64,000 nt of DNA, from assembly GCF_009914755.1 (NCBI RefSeq), contig NC_060940.1, one strand, 5' to 3'. Below, piece by piece: positions 57,201 through 64,000 of the stretch; within the stretch, counting starts at the first letter, position 1; the number at the start of each line of letters is the position of its first letter. Under the pieces are notes generated by a model that had not been told where the DNA came from, searched no databases, and saw nothing but the letters and a program-made list of their open reading frames with translations. A program made the translations under genes and the position numbers. This DNA comes from the human T2T-CHM13v2.0 reference genome, Homo sapiens.

Positions 57201-60200
57201 ATTTGATTCCATTCAGTGATGATTCCATTTGATTCCATCTGATGATGATTTCACTTGATTCATTTCAATGATGATTCCATTCAAGTCCATTCGATGATTC
57301 CATTGGAGTCCAAACGATCATTCCATTCGATTCCATTCAATGATGATTCCATTCATGTCCATTCAATGAATCCTTTCAATTCCATTCGATGATGACTCCA
57401 TTCGAGAACATTCGATGATTCCATTTGATTCCATTTGATGATGATTACATTCAATTCCATTCGAAGATGATTCCATTCAATTCCACTTGATGATGATTCC
57501 GTATGAATCCATTCGCTGATTATTCCATTCGATTCCATTCATTGACGATTCCATTCGATTCCATTCAATGATGATTCTCTTCTATTCCATTCGATGATTC
57601 CGGTCGATTCCATTCGATGATGATTCCATTAGATTCCATTCGATTGTTGCATTCGATTCCCTTCGATGATGATTCCTTTGAATTCCATTCGATTATGATT
57701 CCGTATGAATCCATTTGATGATTATTCCATTGGATTCCTTTCGATGATGATTCCATTCGATTCCATTTGATGATGTTTCTCATGTATTCCATTTGATAAT
57801 TCCTTTCAATTCCCTTCGATGATGATTCTTTCGAGTCAATTCGATGACTCTATTCCATTCCCTTCGATGATGATTCCATTTCACTCCATTCGATGATTCC
57901 ATTCGATTCAATTTGGTGATGATTCAATTCGATGACATTCGATGACTCCATTCAATTTCATTTGATGATGATTACATTCGAGTCCATTTGATGATTGTAT
58001 TCCTTTCCTTTTGATGATTATTCCATTCGTGTCTATTCAAAGATTCCATTCTATTCCATTCAATGATGATTCCAATTGATTCCATTCAATGATTATGGCT
58101 ATCGATTCCACTCGTTGATTCCATTTGATTCCATTCGATGATTATTCCGTTAGATTCCATTAGGAGATTCCATTCGATTTTATTCAATGATTCCAATTGA
58201 TTCCATTCAATGATGATTCCATTCGACTCCATTCAGTGATTCCATTTGAGTCCATTTGATGATTCCATTCGAGTCCATTTGATGATTCCATTCTTTTCCA
58301 TTTGATGATGATTCCATTAGGGTCCATTCAATGATTCCATTCGAGTCCATTCGTTAATGCCTTTCGAGTCCTTTTGATCACTACATTCGAGTCCATTCAA
58401 TGATTCTATTCGATTCCATTCCATGATGATTCCATTCGAGTTCATTCGATGATTGCATTCGAGTCCATTTGATGATTCCATAAGATTCCATTCGACAATG
58501 ATTCCATTCGTGTCCATTGGATGATTCCATTCATTTCCTATCGATGAAGATTCCATTCGAGTGTATTCGATGATTCCATTCAAATCCATTCGATGATGAT
58601 TCCATTCCAGTCCATTCGATCATTCCACTTGATTCCATTTGATGACTATTCCATTCAAATCCATTTGATGATTCCATTCGATTCCATTCGATGTTACCAT
58701 TCCAGTATATACGATGATTCCACTCGATTCCATTTGATGATTATTCCATTGGAGTCGACTTAGTGAATCCTTTAGATTCTACTCGAAGATGATTCCATTC
58801 GAGTCCATTCGATGATACCATTCAATTCCATTCGTTGATGCTTCCATTCAAGTGCATTCGATGATATCATTCGATTCCATTTGATGATAATTCCATTTGA
58901 TTCCATGTGATGATTCTATTCCATTCCATTCAATGATAATTCCATTCAATTCAGTGATTCCTCTGGACTCCATTTGATGATGATTCCATTCAATGATTCC
59001 ATTCGATTCTATTCGAAAATGATTCCATTTGAATCCATTTGATGATGATTCCATTCGATTCCATTTGATGATTCCATTCGATTCCATTCGACGATGATTC
59101 CATTCGATTCCATTTGATGATTCCATTCTATTCTATTCGATGATGATTCCATTCGATTCCATTCGATGATGATTGGATTCGATTCCATTTGATGATTTCA
59201 TTTGATTCCATTCGATGATGATTTCGATCAATTCCATTCGATGATTCCATTCGATTCCATTTGATAATGATTACATCCGAGTCCATTCGATGATTCCATT
59301 TGAGCCCGTTCGATAATTCCATTTGAGTCCAATCAATGATTCCATTCATTTCCATTCAATGATTCCATTCGAGTCCATTTGATCATTCCGGTAGGGTCCG
59401 TTCGATGTTGATTCCATTGGAGTGCATTCGATGATTCCATTCGAGTCCATTTTAGGATTTGATTCGAGTCCTTTCGATGATTCCATTCGATTCCACTCGA
59501 TGCGATGATGATTTCATTCGAGTCCATTCGACACTTCCAATCGATTCCATTTGATGTTTCCATTCGACTCCAATTGATGATTCCATTCAATTCCATTCGA
59601 TGATGATTCCGTACGATTCCATTCTGTGATGATTCCATGTGATTGCATTCAATGATGATTCCTTTCGATTGCATTCGATTATGATTCATTTCGTGTTCAT
59701 TCTATGGTTCCACAGGTTTCACATCGTGTCCATTCCATTATTCCATTCTATTCCATTTGATGATGATTCCATTCGATTCCATTCATTGGTGATTCCACTC
59801 AATTCCATTCAATGATTCCATTCCATTTCTTTCAACAATGATTCCATTAGTTTCTAATCGATGATCCACTTGATTCCATTTGACGATGATTCCATTCTTG
59901 TCCATTCGATGATTCCATTTGATTCCATATGATGATGATTCCATTCGATTCCATACGATGATGATTCCATTCGAGTCCATTCAATGGTGATTCCATTCAA
60001 TTCCATTCGATGATTCCTTTCGATTCCATTTGATGATGATGGCATTCGATTCCTTTCAATCATTCCCTTTGATTCCACTCAAAGGTGGTTTCATTCAAGT
60101 CCATTCGATAATTGCATTCGATTCCATTCTATGATGATTCCATTCGAGTCCATTTGATGATTCCATTCAATTCAAGTCAATGATGATTCCATTCGATTCC

Positions 60201-60913
60201 ATTCGATGATTCCATTGGATTCCATTCGATGATGATTCCATTCAAATCCATTCGATAATTCAATTCACGTCCATTCGATGATGATTCCAATCGAATCCAT
60301 TCAAAGATTCCATTCAATTCCATTCGATGATTCCCTTAGATTCCATTCGATGATTCCACTTGATTCCATTTACGATGATTCCATTCGATTCCATGTGATG
60401 ATTCCATTCAATTCTATTCAATGATGTTTCCATTTGATTCCATTCGACCATGATTGCCTTTGATTCCATTCAATGATTCCATTCGGTTCCGTTTGATGAT
60501 GATTCCGTTCGATTCCATTTGATGATTCCATTTGATTCCATTGGATGAGTCCATTCGATTACATTCGATGATTATTCCATTCGAGTGCATTAGATGATTC
60601 CATTCGAGTCCATTCGATGATTCCATTCGAGTCCATTCGATGATTCCATTCGATTCCATTCGATGTTGATTCTGTTCAAATCCATTCGATGATTCCACTC
60701 GATTCCATTCGATGACTCCATTTGATCCCATTCGATGATTTCCTTTGATTCCCTTTGATGATCATTCCATTTGATTCAATTCGGTGATTTCATTGGATTC
60801 CATTCAGTGATGTTTCCATTCGACTCCATTCGATGATGATTCCATTCGACTACATTCGATTATGATTTCATTCAATTCCATTCGATAAAGATTCCCTTCG
60901 AGTCCAATCGATG
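48241..60913 (+). repeat. 12,673-bp long HSat2 unit, full copy
   Basis: 48481 GTTAGAAGAT recurs at 61154 (+12673). ORFs 49121/61794 recur at +12673, and 49686/62358 and 50409/63081 at +12672. Contains ~6.5 kb not present in the 6,112-bp HOR. Confidence 0.88.
55413..57101 (+). repeat. 840-bp tandem duplication inside the long unit
   Basis: CCATTGGTATCC at 55421 and 56261; ORFs 55581/56421 and 55869/56709. Only a few substitutions between copies. Confidence 0.93.
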
Positions 60914-63900
60914 ATTCCATTCGATTCCATTCAACGATGATTTGATTCGTGTCCATTCGATGATTCCATTTGATTCCACTTGATGATGATTCCATTCGAC
61001 TCCATTTGATGATTCCATTCAATTCCATTCTCCGATGATTTCTTTTGAGCCCATTCAATGCTTCCACTCGATTACATATGATGATGACTCCATTCGATGA
61101 AACTCGATGATGATTCCATTCGCTTGCATTCGATGATGGTTCCACTTGAGTCCGTTAGAAGATTCTATTCAATTACATTCCATGACGATTCCGTTCGAGT
61201 CCATTTGATGATTCCATTACACTCCATTCGACAATGATTCCATTCAATGTTATTCGATGATTCCATTCGATCTCATTCGATGATGATTCCATTCAACTCC
61301 ATTCGATGTTTCCATTCGAGTTCATTCTATTATTCCATTAGATTCCATTCGATGATGATTCCATTCGATTCCATTTGATGATTGCATTCTATTTCATTTG
61401 ATGATGACTCCATTCGAGTCCATTCGATGATTCCATTCGAGTCCATTTAATGAATCCATTGGTTTCAATTCTATGATGATTATATTGGATTCCATTCGTT
61501 GATGATTTCATTCGATTCCATTCAATGATGATTCCATTCAATTCCATTCAATGATTCCATTCAATTCCATACGATGATGATTCCATTTGATTTGATTCGA
61601 CAGTGAGCCATTCGATTCAATTCCATGATGATACTATTTGATTCACTTGGTTGACATTTCCATTCGATTCCATTCGATGATGATTCCATTTGATTCCATT
61701 CAAAGATGATTCCATTCTAGCCCATTCAATCATTCCATTCGATTCTATTCAATGATGATTCCATTCATGTCGATTTGGTGATTCCATTTGACTTCATTTG
61801 ATGATGATTCCTTTCAAGTTCATTAGATGATTCCATTCGATTCCATTTGATGATGATCCCATTCGAGTCCATTCAGTGATTCCACTCGTTTCCATTCCAT
61901 GATGATTCCATTCCATTCCATTCAATGATTCCATTCGATTCCGTTTGATGATGATTTCATTCGAGTCCATTTGATGATTCCATTTGATTCCATTCGATGA
62001 TGATTCCATTCGAGTCCATTCGATGATTCTATTCGAATCCATTTGATATTTCTTTTGATTATATTTGGTGATGATTCCATTGTGGTCCATTCAATGATTC
62101 CATTCGATTCCAATCGATGGTGGTTCCATTAGAGTCCATTTAATGATTCCATTTGATTCCAGTCTCTGATGATTACATTCGAGTCCATACGATGATTCCA
62201 CTCAATTCCATATGATGATGATTCCATTCGATTCCATTCGATGATTCCATTCTATTCTATTCAATGGTGATTCCATTCGAGTACATTAGATGATTCCATT
62301 CGATTCCATTCAATGATGATTCTATTTGTGTCCCTTAGATGATTCCACATGATTCCATTAGATGATGATACTACTTGAGCCCATCCAATCATTCCCTTCG
62401 ATTCCATTCGATGAGGATTCCATTCGATTCAATTCATTGGTGATTCTATTCAATTCAATTCTTTGATTCCATTCCATTCCATTCGACAATGATTCCATTC
62501 GATTTCTTTCGATGATTCCACTCGATTCCACTTGACATTGATTCCATTCGATTCCATTCAATGATTCCATTTGATTCCAGTGGATGATGATTGCCATCGA
62601 TTCCATTTGATCACTCCATTCTATTCCATTTGATGATGATTACATTCGATTCCATTTGATGATTCCATCTGATTCTATTCGAGGATTCCATTTGATTCCA
62701 TTCGATGATGATTCCATTCGAGTCCATTCGATGATTTCATTCGAGTACATCCAATGATTCCATTCGAGTCCATTTGATGATTCCATTTCATTCCATTTGA
62801 TTATGATTCTACTAGAGTCCATTCAATGACTCCATTCGAGTCCATTCAACAATTCCATCCGAGTCCATTCGATGATTCCATTCGTTTCCATTTGATGATT
62901 CCATTCGAGTCCATTTAATCATTACAGTCGAGTCCATTTGGTGATTCCACTGGATTTCTTTTGATAATGATACCATTCAATTACATTTGATGATGATCCC
63001 ATTCAATTTCATTTGATGATGATTCCATTAGAGTCCATTCCATGATTTCATTCGAGTCCCTTCATTGATTCCATCCGATTTCATTTCATGATGACTCCAT
63101 TCGAGTCCATTCGATGATTCCACTCGATTCCATTAGATGATTCCATTGGAGTCCAGTTGATTGTTCCATTCGATTCCATTCGATTCCTTTCGAAGATTAT
63201 TCCATTTGAGTCCATTCGATGATGATTCCATTCCATTCCATTCGATGATTCCGTTTGATTCCATTCGATGATTCCCTGCGATTCCTTTCTATGATGATTC
63301 CATTCCATTCCATTCAATGATTCCATTCGAATCTATTCCATGATGATTCCTTTCGATTCCATTCGCTGATGTTTCCGTTCAATTCCATTCGATGATGATT
63401 CCATTCGATTCCATTCATTGAGGATTCCATTGGATTCCATTCAATGATGATTCCATTCTATTCCATTCAATGATTGCATTCAATTCCATTCAATGATTAT
63501 GCCATTAGAGTAAATTCAACGATTCCATTCAATACCATTCGATGATGATTCCTTTTGAGTCCATTCAATGATTTCATTCAAGTCCATTTGATGATTCCTT
63601 TCAATTCCATTCCATGATGATTCCATTCGAGTCCATTCGATGATTCCATTCGATTGCATTCGATGATTCCATTATATTCCATTCAACGATGATTCCATTC
63701 GAGTCCATTCGATGATTCCATTAGAGTACATTTAATGATTGCTTTGTTTTCAATTCGAAGATGATTACATTGGATTCCATTCTATGATTCCATTCGATTC
63801 CATTCATTGATGATTCCACCCAATTCCATTCGATGATGATTCCATTCGATTTCATTCAATGATTCTACTCGATTCCATTCAATGATGATTCAATTCTATT

Positions 63901-64000
63901 CCGTTTGATGATTCCATTAGATTCCATTCTATGATGATTCCATTCGAGTCCATTCGAAGATTTCATTCGATTACATTCCATGACGATTCCATTCGAGTCC
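60914..64000 (+). repeat. Partial second copy of the 12.67-kb unit, running off the window
   Basis: Shares long-unit SNPs (CGATTACATATG, GAAACTCG, TCCCTGCG) and continues into long-unit-only sequence: 63800-64000 matches ~51130-51328. Confidence 0.88.

Larger units (their letters stand above)
1..64000 (+). repeat. Human satellite II (HSat2/HSATII) pericentromeric array, CATTC-rich strand on +
   Basis: Continuous ATTCCATTCG/GATGATGATTCC motifs in 23- and 26-bp degenerate units, with frequent TCGA and GAGTC variants. This is the HSat2 signature, not the purer (CATTC)n of HSat3. No non-satellite interruption or strand switch seen. Confidence 0.98.

Noticed and set aside
48241-60913. Long unit as a simple dimer of the 6.1-kb HOR
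   Set aside because: HOR landmarks such as GGTTCCACAGG and GCTTTGTTTT occur once per 12,673 bp, and the extra ~6.5 kb is not a second collinear HOR copy.
274-63326. Many minus-strand ORFs of 60-193 aa (MESSNGIEWNHRM-like; longest 53315-53896)
   Set aside because: These are translations of the GAATG strand, which is ATG-rich and stop-poor, whereas the + strand is full of TGA. They overlap in several frames, are low-complexity and recur with the repeat period. No evidence of coding function.
1-64000. CRISPR-like repeat/spacer array or a prokaryotic system
   Set aside because: There are no unique spacers, no constant direct repeat and no cas-like or other real genes. The short periodicity is degenerate satellite monomer.
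1-64000. HSat3, alpha satellite or an inversion breakpoint
   Set aside because: No long pure CATTC runs, no 171-bp monomers and no GAATG-oriented tract seen on the + strand.

Overview
The whole 64 kb is human-type classical satellite II (HSat2/HSATII): diverged CATTC-derived 23/26-bp units (ATTCCATTCGATTCCATTCG-ATG[ATG]), all in one orientation. I saw no genes, RNA genes or transposon insertions, and every ORF in the track is a translation artefact of the GAATG strand. The information lies in the higher-order structure. (1) 1 to ~15.6 kb is near-identical 6,112-bp higher-order repeat (HOR), a period consistent with the large chr16 HSat2B array; that assignment comes from recall and was not searched. 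(2) ~18-48 kb is a rearranged zone of alternating ~4.1-kb and ~5.9/5.2-kb units, with a recent 11,075-bp duplication whose second copy is a mosaic. (3) ~48.2-64 kb is a 12,673-bp long unit with an internal 840-bp duplication. By hand alignment, both the 6,112-bp HOR and the 4,127-bp unit can be rebuilt to the exact length as deletion derivatives of the 12,673-bp unit. The window therefore looks like an array edge that preserves the progenitor of the dominant HOR. A perfect DUX4-type site (TAATTGAATCA, minus strand) occurs once per 6.1-kb-type unit. I found no new coding system. All offsets are manual and need a dot-plot check.
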